Counted from the stretch's first letter, positions 47,645 to 58,760 are shown. The stretch is DNA of 64,000 nucleotides from Thermodesulfobacteriota bacterium (GCA_963422265.1 OY729416.1:736001-800000), one strand, 5' to 3'. Notes: generated by a model not told the origin, from the letters alone. A program made the numbers and translations.

Positions 47645-48325
47645 TTGCCTGAAACGATAACCCTTTTTGATAAAGTAGCAAAGCGCTACGATTCTCTGAA
47701 CACGTTTCTTAGTCTGGGAATGGATAGGCTCTGGAGAAAACGTCTGGTAAAAGAGATGAAAGACTCATCCCTCATTCTAGATATTGCAACCGGCACTGCC
47801 GAGGTTGCGCTCGAAACTGCCAATAAACTGAACAACTGTTACATCGTCGGGGTTGATCCAAGCAGTGAGATGCTCCTTTTAGCAAAGAAGAAGATAAAGA
47901 CAACAAATGCTTCCTCAAAGATAACCCTAGCTAAGGGGAAGGCCGAAAACTTGCCTTTCAAAAATGATACCTTCGACTCCGTAACCACGGCGTTCGGTAT
48001 AAGAAATACCGTAGATCCGCTACTATCGCTGTTAGAAATGAAAAGGGTCTTAAAAGCTGGAGGCAAACTCGGCGTCCTTGAGTTTGCTACTCCTCAGAAT
48101 AATATATTCGCTCCGTTATACCTTACTTACTTTAAGCACGTGCTTCCCTTAGTAGGATCGGTATTCGGAACTAGAAAAGAATACAAATACCTTTCTGATT
48201 CAACATCTCAGTTTCCTCAAAGAAAGAAATTTATAGAACTAATGGAGGAAGCAGGGTTAGCGCCCGAGAAATCAATTGAACTTACGCTCGGCATCGTAAT
48301 TATCTACATCGGTATCAAACCATAG
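47645..48325 (+). CDS. menG: demethylmenaquinone methyltransferase (UbiE/MenG)
   Basis: FD.VA.RYD.LN..LS.G.D..WR, LDIATGT, FGIRN, Y.YL.DS. Confidence 0.85.
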   Translation: MPETITLFDKVAKRYDSLNTFLSLGMDRLWRKRLVKEMKDSSLILDIATGTAEVALETANKLNNCYIVGVDPSSEMLLLAKKKIKTTNASSKITLAKGKAENLPFKNDTFDSVTTAFGIRNTVDPLLSLLEMKRVLKAGGKLGVLEFATPQNNIFAPLYLTYFKHVLPLVGSVFGTRKEYKYLSDSTSQFPQRKKFIELMEEAGLAPEKSIELTLGIVIIYIGIKP

Positions 48326-48347
48326 AACCTAATAAACAAACGATGAT

Positions 48348-48998
48348 CTATGGGGCTAGACGCTCAATAACCCAATTTCCATCTTGTAAAAGCCTATAGC
48401 GTAGCCTGTCATGCAACCTGTTACGCCTACCCTGCCAGAACTCAATCAAACAAGGAATGAGCCTGTATCCACACCAATATGGGGGTCTTGGAACGTCCTT
48501 ATTCTCGTACCCAATTTCTAAACGATTAAAACGTCCCTCAAGTTCCTGACGGCTTTGTATGACGCGGCTCTGCGGAGAAGCCCAGGCACCTATCTGGCTC
48601 CCTTTGGCTCTAGTGGCAAAATAGGAATCCGCTTCCCGATCTGAAACACCCTGAACGTCACCCTCAATTCTTACTTGGCGCTCTAGTTTGTCCCACCAAA
48701 AGCACATTGAGGCTTTGGGATTCAAAGTGAGTTCATATCCCTTTTTACTATCTGCATTCGTATAGAATACAAAACCCCTCTCGTCAAATCCTTTAAGTAG
48801 CAACATTCTGACGGAAGGCATGCCGTCGAGAGCGGAAGTAGCGAGAGCGAAAGCATTCGGATGAACAAATCCCGATTTTTTAGCATCTTCAAACCATAGA
48901 GCAAATTGCTTAAAAGGATCTAGGTCAAGGTCTTCTTCCCTTAAACTGGACAACGTGAACTGCTTATCCCCTAGACTATTATCAATTGATTTGCCCAT
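48348..48998 (-). CDS. pdxH: pyridoxamine 5'-phosphate oxidase
   Basis: RMLLLK, FYTN..S.K, RQVRIEG, EFWQGR..RLHDR, ERLAP. Confidence 0.96.
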   Translation of the reverse strand: MGKSIDNSLGDKQFTLSSLREEDLDLDPFKQFALWFEDAKKSGFVHPNAFALATSALDGMPSVRMLLLKGFDERGFVFYTNADSKKGYELTLNPKASMCFWWDKLERQVRIEGDVQGVSDREADSYFATRAKGSQIGAWASPQSRVIQSRQELEGRFNRLEIGYENKDVPRPPYWCGYRLIPCLIEFWQGRRNRLHDRLRYRLLQDGNWVIERLAP

Positions 48999-49058
48999 TT
49001 TTTCTCTGACTCACACAAATTATACGAATCCTGAAACTAGCTCAGGACAGGCGTTGAT

Positions 49059-49952
49059 TCACAACAAATGCCTAAGCGCGCCGGTTAGCTCTGGATAACG
49101 AAACTTGTATCCAGAGTTGAGAAGTTTGCTCGGATAGGCGCGGACGCTGGACAGCATAGCCTCATCCGCCATCTCGCCAAATAAACCCCGGGCAAGAAAA
49201 GAGGGAAGCGGTAATACCGTTGGTCTTGATAAAACCCCTCCTAGCGCTTCTGTAAATTCTCGATTTGTTACCGGATTGGGAGCCACAAGGTTGATTGGAC
49301 CACTCAAAGTTTCGGTTAAAAGACAATGATTGACAACCCCTAAAACATCGTCAATAGAAATCCAACTCCAAAACTGATCTCCATTGCCAACCCTTCCCCC
49401 AACTCCCATCTTAAAAGGCGTCAGCATTTTACTAAGAGCCCCACCATTAGTGCTTAGAACAATTCCAATTCTTAGATTAACTACGCGGATTTGAGCTTCC
49501 TTAGCCACACTAAAAGAATTCTCCCATTTAACGCAAACTTCCGCCATAAAGCCCTTCCCCGGAGAACTCTCTTCAGTCAATACCTCAGCGCCCCTCTCTC
49601 CATAGTACCCAATCGCGGAAGCAGCGATTAATACCTTAGGCCTTCTCCGTAAGTTAGATAATGATTCAGATATTAGTTTTCCGCCAACAACTCGGCTTTT
49701 CTCTATCCGCTCTTTTTTCCCTTTCGTCCATCTACCTAAAATCGTCTCACCAGCGAGATGTAGTAAAGCGTCATATCCCTCAAGCCTGTCAGCGTCTATT
49801 TCTCCCTTATCTGGATTCCAATAAATAGCCTCCTCTTCCACCCTGCCTATCTTTGAACGCACAAGCCGAGTAATCGTATTGTCATTAGCCAACAGATAGG
49901 GGATAAGAGCAGAACCTATGAGCCCGCTAGATCCAGTAATCAATATTCTCAT
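49059..49952 (-). CDS. TIGR01777-family epimerase/oxidoreductase (YfcH-like)
   Basis: Likely start MRILITGSSGLIG; HLAGE, SAIGYYG, LRIGIVL, PNPVTN. Confidence 0.88.
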   Translation of the reverse strand: MRILITGSSGLIGSALIPYLLANDNTITRLVRSKIGRVEEEAIYWNPDKGEIDADRLEGYDALLHLAGETILGRWTKGKKERIEKSRVVGGKLISESLSNLRRRPKVLIAASAIGYYGERGAEVLTEESSPGKGFMAEVCVKWENSFSVAKEAQIRVVNLRIGIVLSTNGGALSKMLTPFKMGVGGRVGNGDQFWSWISIDDVLGVVNHCLLTETLSGPINLVAPNPVTNREFTEALGGVLSRPTVLPLPSFLARGLFGEMADEAMLSSVRAYPSKLLNSGYKFRYPELTGALRHLL

Positions 49953-50029
49953 TTTAGCGCTGCAACAAGCAAACCAAGAGTGATTTAAGGATAGCACATC
50001 TTAACGTCTAGCGCACAAGCCAATAAAAC

Positions 50030-51043
50030 TCAGCCGCCAAAAACTTCTAATATTGCCCTCTGATAGGTTCTAACCTCATCAAAGCCAAGATAATAGTGCG
50101 GAGCGCTCAGAATAGGTAAGTCTATATAATCGAGATATTTATCAATCTTTCTTCTACATTCATCTGCATTGCCAACTACGGCGAAAGCGTCAACCATGTC
50201 ATCGCTCACGCCTTTAATCATAGACCTGACGTCGCCTCTAAAAAAAGCCTCCCGAATTTCCGCTGCTTCCCTTTCAAAACCATGAAGCTTAAAAGGTGGC
50301 TCGTAAGTCCTGACCGTCGCATAGAATGCTACTGTAGCCTTAGCAGCCTCAACCGCAGATCTTCTATCTTCAGAAATAGCGCAGGTAATAATTGACGAGA
50401 TTTGAAAATCCTTTTTACTCCTCCCAGATTTAGCAAGCCCCTTTTTTATATTGTTACCGACAATTTCTTTTATATATCTAAGAGAGCATACTACGTGTCC
50501 TAAATAGCCGTCGGCTACTGCCCCAGCCGCACTCACCATATCGCCCCCAACGCCTGCAAGATACACGGGAATATTCTTTCGAAAAGGCTTAAACACACGG
50601 CGGTAGCCCCTTGTGCTAACATCATAGAACTCACCCTTAAAAGCTACCGGATCAGCTAGATGAGCGCTTTGCATAAGCAAGCGGATAATCTCAATACATT
50701 CCTTAACGCGAGCTACGGGATTTGTAAAGCTCAGTCCATGCCACATTTCATTTGTGCGCTTAGCACCCGTGCCAAGCCCCAGAACGAATCTTCCATCTGA
50801 GATTTCATCAAGATCTAGAGCCGTAAGAGTCGTAATGAGAGGGCTTCTTGCAAAAGCAAGGGCAACGGCGGTCCCGAGTCTTATAGTATGAGTTGACTGC
50901 GCTACGGATGACAGTTGTTGAAAAGAAGTTCTGTAAAGCTCTGTAGCCCAGATAGAATCAAAGTTTGCATCCTCGGCTTCTTGGGCTAGTTTTTTAAGGT
51001 CAGCGATACTTTCCGCGTCTAGTATTAGTCCAACCTTTTTCAT
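50030..51043 (-). CDS. LLM-class flavin-dependent oxidoreductase
   Basis: IRLGTAV..RSP, LDEISDGRFVLGLG, VYLAG.G..M, ADG. Confidence 0.85.
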   Translation of the reverse strand: MKKVGLILDAESIADLKKLAQEAEDANFDSIWATELYRTSFQQLSSVAQSTHTIRLGTAVALAFARSPLITTLTALDLDEISDGRFVLGLGTGAKRTNEMWHGLSFTNPVARVKECIEIIRLLMQSAHLADPVAFKGEFYDVSTRGYRRVFKPFRKNIPVYLAGVGGDMVSAAGAVADGYLGHVVCSLRYIKEIVGNNIKKGLAKSGRSKKDFQISSIITCAISEDRRSAVEAAKATVAFYATVRTYEPPFKLHGFEREAAEIREAFFRGDVRSMIKGVSDDMVDAFAVVGNADECRRKIDKYLDYIDLPILSAPHYYLGFDEVRTYQRAILEVFGG

Positions 51044-51071
51044 ATTCCTTAATATATGCTAAGGTTCAGCT

Positions 51072-51103
51072 AGAAAAAGAAAGGCGACGCAAAGGCCGCC
51101 TTC
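51072..51103 (-). terminator. Rho-independent terminator of the alpha operon
   Basis: Minus strand AAGGCGGC-CTTTGC-GTCGCCTT followed by TCTTTTTCT. Confidence 0.75.
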
Positions 51104-51158
51104 CCTTAATGAAATTATATTAAGAACCGTCTATTAAATTCAATGATCGGTAGATTCA

Positions 51159-51650
51159 CTACCCTTCTTTCTTTTCATCTATCAAGCCAAGCTCCTCAGC
51201 AGATTCCCTCTTAGAACTTTTAACGGTTTCTTTAACTATCAGTTGCTTCTTGACGTCGGATACTTTCCTCTTTTTTTTGGCTTTCGGTTTATAAACTTCC
51301 TCAACAAGCTCTATTAAAGAAACGGGCGTACTGTCACCCCTCCTGAAGCCAAGCTTAACAATCCGGGTATAACCACCAGGACGATCCTTAAACCTCAAAG
51401 CTATCTCATCGAAAAGCTTCTTGATCACTTCCTTATCCCTAATGTAAGCCGCCGCCCGCCTTCTTTTATGAAGAGAACCTTGCTTCGCCAAGGTTACCAT
51501 TTTCTCAGCAACTCTCCTAAGCTCCTTGGCTCTGGTATCAGTAGTCCTAATTTTCTCGTGACGAAACAAATCAGTCACCATATTACGCAACATAGATTTT
51601 CTATGCTTAGTAACAACTCCTAGCTTGCGCCCAAGTCTTTTATGTCGCAC
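51159..51650 (-). CDS. rplQ: 50S ribosomal protein L17
   Basis: [15 protein letters not shown]. Confidence 0.97.
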   Translation of the reverse strand: MRHKRLGRKLGVVTKHRKSMLRNMVTDLFRHEKIRTTDTRAKELRRVAEKMVTLAKQGSLHKRRRAAAYIRDKEVIKKLFDEIALRFKDRPGGYTRIVKLGFRRGDSTPVSLIELVEEVYKPKAKKKRKVSDVKKQLIVKETVKSSKRESAEELGLIDEKKEG

Positions 51651-51681
51651 CTTACTATGACCTCCAACTCACAATACAAAT

Positions 51682-52713
51682 TTACTGAGAAGCCGCCCTC
51701 TCGCTGCGCTTGGATTTTTCTGCATCAAACGCCTTCTGATTAATTTTAAGCCCGAGATTAAGTCCAATTTCAGCCAATCTTTCCTTAATTTCAAACAAAG
51801 ACCGTTTGCCGAAATTCTCCAAATTCAATAGATCCTCTTCAGTCCTTTGCGCCAAATCGCCAGCGTATTCCACGCCAGTTTTTCTCAGACAGTTGAGAGA
51901 CCTAGCTGAAAGATCCATATCCTCAAGCGTGTTAAACAAAATCTCCTCAGTCCCACTTATCTCCTGCTTCTCTTCAATTTCAAACACCTCATCTATTTCC
52001 GTTTCATCAAAATTAATAAATATCGTAAGGTGATGCTTTAGGATTTTAGCAGCATACGCGAGAGCATCCTCAGGGAGAATAGTGCCATTAGTCCATATCT
52101 CAAGCGTTAGTTTTTGAAAATCCGTGCGCCTGCCTACCCTCGAATTTGTAACTGAATAATTAACTTTTTTTATAGGTGAAAAAAGAGCATCCATGGGAAT
52201 CACGCCTATAAGCGTTTGTAATTCACCTCGCCTCTCAACGGATTCATATCCCCTACCCATCTCTACGGACATTGTTATCTCAAGCCTAGAGTCCTTGGAC
52301 AAGGCAGCTATGTGATGATCAGGATTCAGTACTTCAATGTTATGACCAACAACTATATCTTCGGCTTTTATATGACACTCACCTTCAGCGCTTATAGTAA
52401 TAGTCTGTGGCTCATCAGCGTGCATCTTAAGCTCTACGCCCTTAAGATTCAGTATTATTTCGGTTACGTCTTCTTTAACCCCTGGGATAGATGACAATTC
52501 ATGCAATACGCCATCTATCTTAATTGAAGTAATAGCAGGACCCTGGATAGAAGAAAGCAACACTCTTCTCAACGCATTTCCTAAAGTAATTCCATATCCA
52601 CGCTCAAGCGGTTCACACACAAATTTAGCATAAAATTGATTGGCATTCTTTTCCTCTTTCTCAATCTTCTTTGGCTTAATAAGATCTTGCCAATTCTTTT
52701 GGAAATCGTTCAC
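51682..52713 (-). CDS. rpoA: RNA polymerase alpha subunit
   Basis: EPLERGYGITLGNALRRVLLSS; alpha-CTD RSLNCL..NFGKRS. Confidence 0.98.
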   Translation of the reverse strand: MNDFQKNWQDLIKPKKIEKEEKNANQFYAKFVCEPLERGYGITLGNALRRVLLSSIQGPAITSIKIDGVLHELSSIPGVKEDVTEIILNLKGVELKMHADEPQTITISAEGECHIKAEDIVVGHNIEVLNPDHHIAALSKDSRLEITMSVEMGRGYESVERRGELQTLIGVIPMDALFSPIKKVNYSVTNSRVGRRTDFQKLTLEIWTNGTILPEDALAYAAKILKHHLTIFINFDETEIDEVFEIEEKQEISGTEEILFNTLEDMDLSARSLNCLRKTGVEYAGDLAQRTEEDLLNLENFGKRSLFEIKERLAEIGLNLGLKINQKAFDAEKSKRSERAASQ

Positions 52714-52780
52714 CTCATACCCTCCATAATAGAATTTAACTTAGGCACTATCTATAAACCATTCTCAAACAAACAGCACT

Positions 52781-53413
52781 CTAAACCCTCGAATAAAATT
52801 CAACTATTAGCTGCTCATCTATTGGAAAGGTTACATCTTCTCTCTCAGGCATTCTTTTCACCATGCCCCTACAATTGTCTTCGTCAAGCTCAAGCCATTC
52901 AGGCACTCCCCTTCTTGAACGAAACTGTAAAGCCTCTTGTATTCTTTGCAGTTTTTTACTCTTATCTTTTATTTCAATCTCATCGCCTTCGTTAACTTGA
53001 TAAGAAGGAATATTAGTCTTTTTACCGTTAACCAATACGTGCCTGTGGCTAACTAACTGCCTAGCATCATTCCTAGAACTGCCTAAGCAGAGACGATATA
53101 TAACGTTGTCAAGCCTTCTCTCAAGGCTAGATATTAACATGTAACCAGTAACACCTTTTAGCCGTGCAGACCTTTCAAAATATCTCTTAAATTGTTTTTC
53201 CCTTAGCCCATACATTCTCTTTACTTTTTGCTTTTCCCTTAACCTAACTCCATATTCAGAAAATTTACTGCGAAACTTGCCATGCTCTCCCGGAATCTGA
53301 TCAGGCCTTTTTTCAATAGCCGTTTTTCCATTATAGCTCCTCTCACCTTTTAGAAAAAGGTTCACGCCCTCCCTTCTTGAGAGCCTATCAGTAGGTCCAG
53401 TATATCTTCCCAT
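52781..53413 (-). CDS. rpsD: 30S ribosomal protein S4
   Basis: SEYG..LREKQK, LERRLDN. Confidence 0.97.
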   Translation of the reverse strand: MGRYTGPTDRLSRREGVNLFLKGERSYNGKTAIEKRPDQIPGEHGKFRSKFSEYGVRLREKQKVKRMYGLREKQFKRYFERSARLKGVTGYMLISSLERRLDNVIYRLCLGSSRNDARQLVSHRHVLVNGKKTNIPSYQVNEGDEIEIKDKSKKLQRIQEALQFRSRRGVPEWLELDEDNCRGMVKRMPEREDVTFPIDEQLIVEFYSRV

Positions 53414-53472
53414 TTAATGCATAACCTCCTCAAAAATCTCTACAATGAAAAATAAAACTATCAACGCTTTAG

Positions 53473-53859
53473 CTATACCCTTCTTCTTCCCGGAGGTCTG
53501 CACCCGTTATGTGGAATTGGAGTTACATCCCTTATAAAAGTTATTCTTAGTCCCGATGCTTGTATGGATCTTATAGCGGGTTCCCTTCCGGGACCTGGAC
53601 CCTTGACATATACAGATACAGTTTTCATACCAAACGAAGATGCCTTCCTCGCAGCGTCCTCTGCAGCTATTTGAGCAGCGAAAGGCGTCCCTTTACGCGT
53701 TCCCTTAAAACCTTTTACTCCACCGCTGCACCAAGCTACCACGTTCCCATGCGTGTCACTTATCGTTATAACCGTATTGTTAAAAGTAGCTTGAATATTA
53801 ACTACGCCTCGTTCAATATATTTCTTAACTTTCTTTCTTCCTGATTTCTTAGTAGCCAT
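53473..53859 (-). CDS. rpsK: 30S ribosomal protein S11
   Basis: [18 protein letters not shown]. Confidence 0.98.
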   Translation of the reverse strand: MATKKSGRKKVKKYIERGVVNIQATFNNTVITISDTHGNVVAWCSGGVKGFKGTRKGTPFAAQIAAEDAARKASSFGMKTVSVYVKGPGPGREPAIRSIQASGLRITFIRDVTPIPHNGCRPPGRRRV

Positions 53860-53879
53860 ACTTTATCTCCAAAAAGCAA

Positions 53880-54260
53880 TTATTTGCCTGCTTTCTTCTT
53901 TTTTGCGATTGCCGTCCCACGAGGTCCCTTTCTAGTTCTAGCGTTGGACTTAGTCTTCTGGCCTCTCACTGGCATCCCAGTTCTGTGCCTAACCCCTCTG
54001 TAACAGCCAATCTCAACCAAACGCCTAACGTTAGTTTGAACTTCTTTCCTGAGTTCACCCTCAACGGTATATTTACTGTCAATTATTTCTCTTATGGAGG
54101 CAACTTCCTGATCAGTGAGATCCTTTGAGTAGGTATTTGAGTCTATTTTGGCCTCTTTCAGAATCTGAGATGATATACGCCTGCCAATACCGTATATATA
54201 AGTAAGACCTACCTCTATCCTCTTGCTTAGCGGAATATCAACGCCTGCTATCCTTGGCAT
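53880..54260 (-). CDS. rpsM: 30S ribosomal protein S13
   Basis: RIAGVD, PVRGQ.T..NARTRKG. Confidence 0.98.
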   Translation of the reverse strand: MPRIAGVDIPLSKRIEVGLTYIYGIGRRISSQILKEAKIDSNTYSKDLTDQEVASIREIIDSKYTVEGELRKEVQTNVRRLVEIGCYRGVRHRTGMPVRGQKTKSNARTRKGPRGTAIAKKKKAGK

Positions 54261-54275
54261 TATACAATCCTCCTA

Positions 54276-54389
54276 CTACCCCTGCTTTTGTTTATGTCTT
54301 TTATTTGTGCAGATAACACGTATCACGCCCTTTCTTTTAATTATCCTACATTTGTCACATATTCTTTTTACAGATGCCCTAACTTTCAC
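54276..54389 (-). CDS. rpmJ: 50S ribosomal protein L36 (not in the ORF track)
   Basis: GTG start; [37 protein letters not shown]. Confidence 0.97.
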   Translation of the reverse strand: MKVRASVKRICDKCRIIKRKGVIRVICTNKRHKQKQG

Positions 54390-54408
54390 TTTCTCTCACC
54401 CCCCTACA

Positions 54409-54630
54409 TCATTTCTTCAATCTATAGGTGATCCTACCTTTTGAAAGATCATAAGGTGAAAGCTCAAGCTTAACCTTATCGCCCGGCAGAATTCTGATAA
54501 AACGAGTCCTCATCTTCCCCGAAACATATGCCAAAACTTCGTGCGAGCCCTCAACCTGAACCTTAAACATAGCATTAGGAAGCGCTTCAAGCACAGTCCC
54601 CTCAAACTCTATTCTTTCTTCTTTTGCCAT
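54409..54630 (-). CDS. infA: translation initiation factor IF-1
   Basis: LPNAMF, SGKMR, SPYDL.KGRI. Confidence 0.98.
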   Translation of the reverse strand: MAKEERIEFEGTVLEALPNAMFKVQVEGSHEVLAYVSGKMRTRFIRILPGDKVKLELSPYDLSKGRITYRLKK

Positions 54631-54639
54631 ACTTTAATG

Positions 54640-55398
54640 TTATTGCGTTAATACCACAGGACCTTCTTCCATAACCGCGACTGTATGCTCAAAATGAGCA
54701 GATAATGCCCCATCTACCGTTACAGCCGTCCAACCGTCACCTAATATTTTAATATCTGGACTTCCAACGTTTACCATGGGTTCTATGGCAAATACCATGC
54801 CAGGTTTCAACTTCACTCCCTTCCCATAGCTTCCATTATCAGGGACGAAATTGGGAACCTGCGGATCCTCATGCAAACTCTTACCTATTCCGTGACCGAC
54901 AAAAGATCTAACTATGGAGAAACCGTTGTTTTCTATATACTTTTGTATCGCACCCGATATATCAAATAGTCTATTATTGGGGCAAGCCTCTTGAATCCCA
55001 ATATCCAGAGACTGCTTAGCGACTTGCAGAAGTTTCTCTGCCAGTGAAGATATGTTCCCAACTGGTATAGTAACTGCTGAGTCTCCAAAAAAACCATCTA
55101 AATTGACGCCAAAATCAAGCCCCACTATATCTCCTTCTTTCAAAATCTTTTTCTTTGATGGAATACCGTGCACGACTTCATTATTTATGGCAAAGCAAAC
55201 AGAAGCGGGATAATCGGAGTAACCCTTAAAAGCAGGCTTTGCTCCCTTTTTTAAGGCATGTTCTTCAGCCACGTAGTCAATATCCCAAGTCGTAACCCCG
55301 GGCTCCACCATTTCCCTCATTTTCTCAAGCACCTCTACCACTATCTGAGCGGCCGAGCGCATCTTATCAATTTGGCTCTTGGTCTTCAGATGAATCAT
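54640..55398 (-). CDS. map: methionine aminopeptidase type I
   Basis: VVHGIP, GDSA, GHGIG..LHEDP, IEPM, SAHFEHT. Confidence 0.97.
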   Translation of the reverse strand: MIHLKTKSQIDKMRSAAQIVVEVLEKMREMVEPGVTTWDIDYVAEEHALKKGAKPAFKGYSDYPASVCFAINNEVVHGIPSKKKILKEGDIVGLDFGVNLDGFFGDSAVTIPVGNISSLAEKLLQVAKQSLDIGIQEACPNNRLFDISGAIQKYIENNGFSIVRSFVGHGIGKSLHEDPQVPNFVPDNGSYGKGVKLKPGMVFAIEPMVNVGSPDIKILGDGWTAVTVDGALSAHFEHTVAVMEEGPVVLTQ

Positions 55399-55973
55399 AA
55401 GTTTAAATTATCTAATACTTCTTTAATCCTTAAAAAAACACTGTCTATCGTCCCCATACCGTCAACCTCGTGCAAGATACCCTGACTACCATAGTATGAT
55501 TTCAAAGGCTCCGTTTGACTATGATAAACGTTTAACCTATTTCTCACAACCTCCCCAGTATCATCCTGCCTGCCTTCAATCTTTTGCCTTGCCAAGATCC
55601 TCTGCACTATTTCTTCATCATCAACCTCTATTGATATAACCGCATCAATTTCTTCTCGCTCAATATTGAGCATATCATCCAAAGCCTGCGCTTGTGTAAT
55701 AGTGCGCGGAAACCCATCAAGCATAAAACCCTCTTTCGTATCCTCTCTCTTAATCCTTTCTTTAATAACTTCTATAATCACATCATCCGGCACAAGCTGC
55801 CCTTTACTCATATAAGACTTTGCTAGTTCTCCAAGCTCAGTAGCGTTCCTCGACGCAGCCCTTAACATGTCGCCAGTCGATATATGAACAGCTACGTAAT
55901 TTTTAGCTATATTTTTCGCCTGCGTGCCCTTGCCAGCCCCAGGGGGGCCAAATAGTATTAGCCTCATCATCAA
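55395..55973 (-). CDS. adk: adenylate kinase (short LID form)
   Basis: GPPGAGKGTQ, HISTGD, DGFPR, GRQDD; exact start uncertain. Confidence 0.96.
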   Translation of the reverse strand: MMMRLILFGPPGAGKGTQAKNIAKNYVAVHISTGDMLRAASRNATELGELAKSYMSKGQLVPDDVIIEVIKERIKREDTKEGFMLDGFPRTITQAQALDDMLNIEREEIDAVISIEVDDEEIVQRILARQKIEGRQDDTGEVVRNRLNVYHSQTEPLKSYYGSQGILHEVDGMGTIDSVFLRIKEVLDNLNL

Positions 55974-55993
55974 TACTCCCTACACCTACTGAA

Positions 55994-57313
55994 TCACACG
56001 TTATATCTTCTAGGACCCTTCATACCACCTTTTTTGACAAAGCCTTCATAACTATGAGTAATCAAAAACGACTCTATTTGCTGCACGAAATCAAGCGTTA
56101 CCCCAACTATAATAAGAAGCGACGTCCCACCAAAGTAAAAAGGCAAATTAAAAGGTTCCCTTTGCAAGAATGAAGGAATAACGCAAACAAACGCAACGTA
56201 TATAGCTCCAATGAAAGTAATTCTACTCAGAATTTTATCTATATGCTCAGCAGTCTTCCTACCCGGTCTAATACCCGGCACGAATCCACCATTCTTTCTC
56301 AAGTTATCAGCAAGGTCATCCGGGTTATAGATAACCGCAGTATAGAAATATGCAAAAAATATGATCAATACGGCGAACAGGGCATTATATATTATTACGT
56401 TGTCAAACAATAAATCGGATATGTCTCTTAAAGCTGGAACGCTTACAAAAGTAAGAATGGTTGCGGGGAAGATCAGCAAGGAAGAAGCAAAAATTGGGGG
56501 AATAACACCCGCTGTATTTGTTTTGAGAGGTAAATGGGAAGACTGCCCCCCATATACCTTTCTACCAACGACCCTTCTTGGGTACTGAACCGGTATCTTG
56601 CGGTAAGATCTTTCAACAAAGACAATAAACGCCGTAACCGCTGCTAATAGGATTAATATAAGCAGAACGCCGAATACAGTCAGCTCACCAGTATCTATAA
56701 GTCTCACGATGTCCCAAAGTGCTCCTGGTAAACCTACAATAATGGATGCCGCGATAATGAGTGATATACCGTTACCTATCCCTCGCTCTGTTATCTGCTC
56801 TCCAATCCACATTACAAAAAGCGAGCCTGCAGTAAGAGTTAGGATAGTCGTAAACCTAAACGCCCAGCCGGATTCCTTTACAACGGAAGCCCCAGAACCC
56901 AGCCCCCCCTCAAGAGTAACGGCAAGCATCATACCTTGAACAAGACAGATAAGAACGGTGCCGTAGCGTGAATATTGGTTTATCTTTCTTCTACCAGCTT
57001 CACCCTCTTTTTGCATTGCTTCTAAGGAAGGAAAAGCCTTTACCAAAAGAGACATTATAATAGATGAGGTTATATAGGGCATAACCCCTAAAGCGAACAC
57101 TGACGCACGCTCAAGCGCCCCGCCTGAAAACATATTTAATACGTCAAAGATAGTCCCTCGCGTTTGCTCGAACAGTCTTAATATCTCTTCAGGGTTTATT
57201 CCGGGTATTGGAACAAATACGCCCAATCTATAGACAACAAGCATCAAAACAGTAAATAAGAGACGCTTATTTAGCTCAGGTATTTTTGGAATAGAGCTCA
57301 CATTTCCATTCAT
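55994..57313 (-). CDS. secY: preprotein translocase SecY
   Basis: FSGGA, LGVMPYI, GIGNGIS, PGIRPG, GGTSLLI. Confidence 0.98.
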   Translation of the reverse strand: MNGNVSSIPKIPELNKRLLFTVLMLVVYRLGVFVPIPGINPEEILRLFEQTRGTIFDVLNMFSGGALERASVFALGVMPYITSSIIMSLLVKAFPSLEAMQKEGEAGRRKINQYSRYGTVLICLVQGMMLAVTLEGGLGSGASVVKESGWAFRFTTILTLTAGSLFVMWIGEQITERGIGNGISLIIAASIIVGLPGALWDIVRLIDTGELTVFGVLLILILLAAVTAFIVFVERSYRKIPVQYPRRVVGRKVYGGQSSHLPLKTNTAGVIPPIFASSLLIFPATILTFVSVPALRDISDLLFDNVIIYNALFAVLIIFFAYFYTAVIYNPDDLADNLRKNGGFVPGIRPGRKTAEHIDKILSRITFIGAIYVAFVCVIPSFLQREPFNLPFYFGGTSLLIIVGVTLDFVQQIESFLITHSYEGFVKKGGMKGPRRYNV

Positions 57314-57741
57314 ATAGTGTGTGCCTTCCCGCCCCTACCCTCTATCTTTTTGGCCGCGCTTTTAGTAAAAGCCTGCGCCTTTACGTTGAGAGAGCGTTCT
57401 AACTCGCCACAACCAAGAATTTTGATAGGAGCTTTACCACTGGCAAGCCCGGCGGCTTTAAGCTCTTCAGCCGTAATTACTTCTCCTTCATTAAACTTAT
57501 TTAGAGCGCTCACGTTTATTAGATCATAACAAAGTTTGTTCCGGCTGGTAAAACCACGTTTCGGCGTCCTTAACTTTAAAGCTGTTTGCCCCCCCTCGAA
57601 CCACGGAGATATCCCTCTGCCTGATCTCGACTTTTGTCCCTTATGCCCCTTTCCACTCGTCTTTCCGCAACTCCCACACCCGCGCCCCACCCTTTTCCTT
57701 TTTTTCTTAGCCCCCGGCTGAGGAGATAGATTATTTAACAT
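57310..57741 (-). CDS. rplO: 50S ribosomal protein L15
   Basis: RVGRG, GHKGQ.SR, FEGGQ, PKRGF. Confidence 0.97.
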   Translation of the reverse strand: MLNNLSPQPGAKKKRKRVGRGCGSCGKTSGKGHKGQKSRSGRGISPWFEGGQTALKLRTPKRGFTSRNKLCYDLINVSALNKFNEGEVITAEELKAAGLASGKAPIKILGCGELERSLNVKAQAFTKSAAKKIEGRGGKAHTI

Positions 57742-57828
57742 TATCCCTTACCCTCTTGATATTAAATTTGAGATAATCTTACCTAAGCAAAAACAGCTTT
57801 TCTGAATGCAACTGCTCTCGATAACAGT

Positions 57829-58353
57829 CTAGTTTATAAATGATTTTGGAAGATCAAATTCCTCAATACCCTTTCCTCTAACCCTCGCCACATCCTCCGG
57901 AGCCCTAAGCAAAGCCAATCCATTGATCGTCGCGCTCACGACGTTCAGAGGGTTGGTTGACCCCAAAACCTTGGAAAGTACGTCATGAATTCCTGCCAAC
58001 TCTACCACTGCTCGGACGGCACCACCTGCGATTACACCAGTCCCAGGTGACGCAGGCTTAAGCATTACATGACTTGAAACATGCTCGCCAAACACTTCAT
58101 GAGGTATAGTATTTCCCTTCATCGATACTCTAATCAGTCTCTTCTTGGCTTTTTCTATGGCCTTTTTGATTGCATCAGGAACCTCGTTCGATTTCCCCAA
58201 GCCCATTCCTATAATCCCGTTTTCATTACCCACAACCGCAAGCGCCGTGAAATGGAACCTCTTGCCACCCTTAGTAACCTTAGCTACACGCCTAATGTGA
58301 ACTACTTTCTCATTGAGATCAAACTCATTCGGATCTAGTATCTCTTTTTGCAA
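57829..58353 (-). CDS. rpsE: 30S ribosomal protein S5
   Basis: [21 protein letters not shown]. Confidence 0.97.
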   Translation of the reverse strand: MQKEILDPNEFDLNEKVVHIRRVAKVTKGGKRFHFTALAVVGNENGIIGMGLGKSNEVPDAIKKAIEKAKKRLIRVSMKGNTIPHEVFGEHVSSHVMLKPASPGTGVIAGGAVRAVVELAGIHDVLSKVLGSTNPLNVVSATINGLALLRAPEDVARVRGKGIEEFDLPKSFIN

Positions 58354-58388
58354 CTACGCCTCCCTACAAAAACCTATTATTAACCTGT

Positions 58389-58760
58389 TCAAAATATGAG
58401 ACCAGCTTCCCTTGCTCCCTCAGCGAGAGCCTTTATCCTCCCGTGAAACTTGTATCCACCACGGTCAAAAGCAACCTCCTTCACGCCTATTAACAAAGAA
58501 AGCTCTCCAATATACTTCCCTAACACCCTAGCAGCATCCGTTTTAGTACCATCGTCTTTGGCTAGCAACTCCTTTACTTTAGGAGTCAAGGTAGATGCGG
58601 ATAGAAGGGTTGTCATAGACGCGTCGTCAACTATCTGGGCATAAGCATGCCTTGCTGATCTAAAGACAGAAAGTCTAGGCTTTGACGAACTTCCACTGAT
58701 ATGCCTTCTCACTCTTTTATGTCTTACGTTCTTCTTAGCTTTTCTACTAACTCTCTTCAT
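58389..58760 (-). CDS. rplR: 50S ribosomal protein L18
   Basis: PRLSVFRS, FDRGGY.FHGR. Confidence 0.97.
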   Translation of the reverse strand: MKRVSRKAKKNVRHKRVRRHISGSSSKPRLSVFRSARHAYAQIVDDASMTTLLSASTLTPKVKELLAKDDGTKTDAARVLGKYIGELSLLIGVKEVAFDRGGYKFHGRIKALAEGAREAGLIF

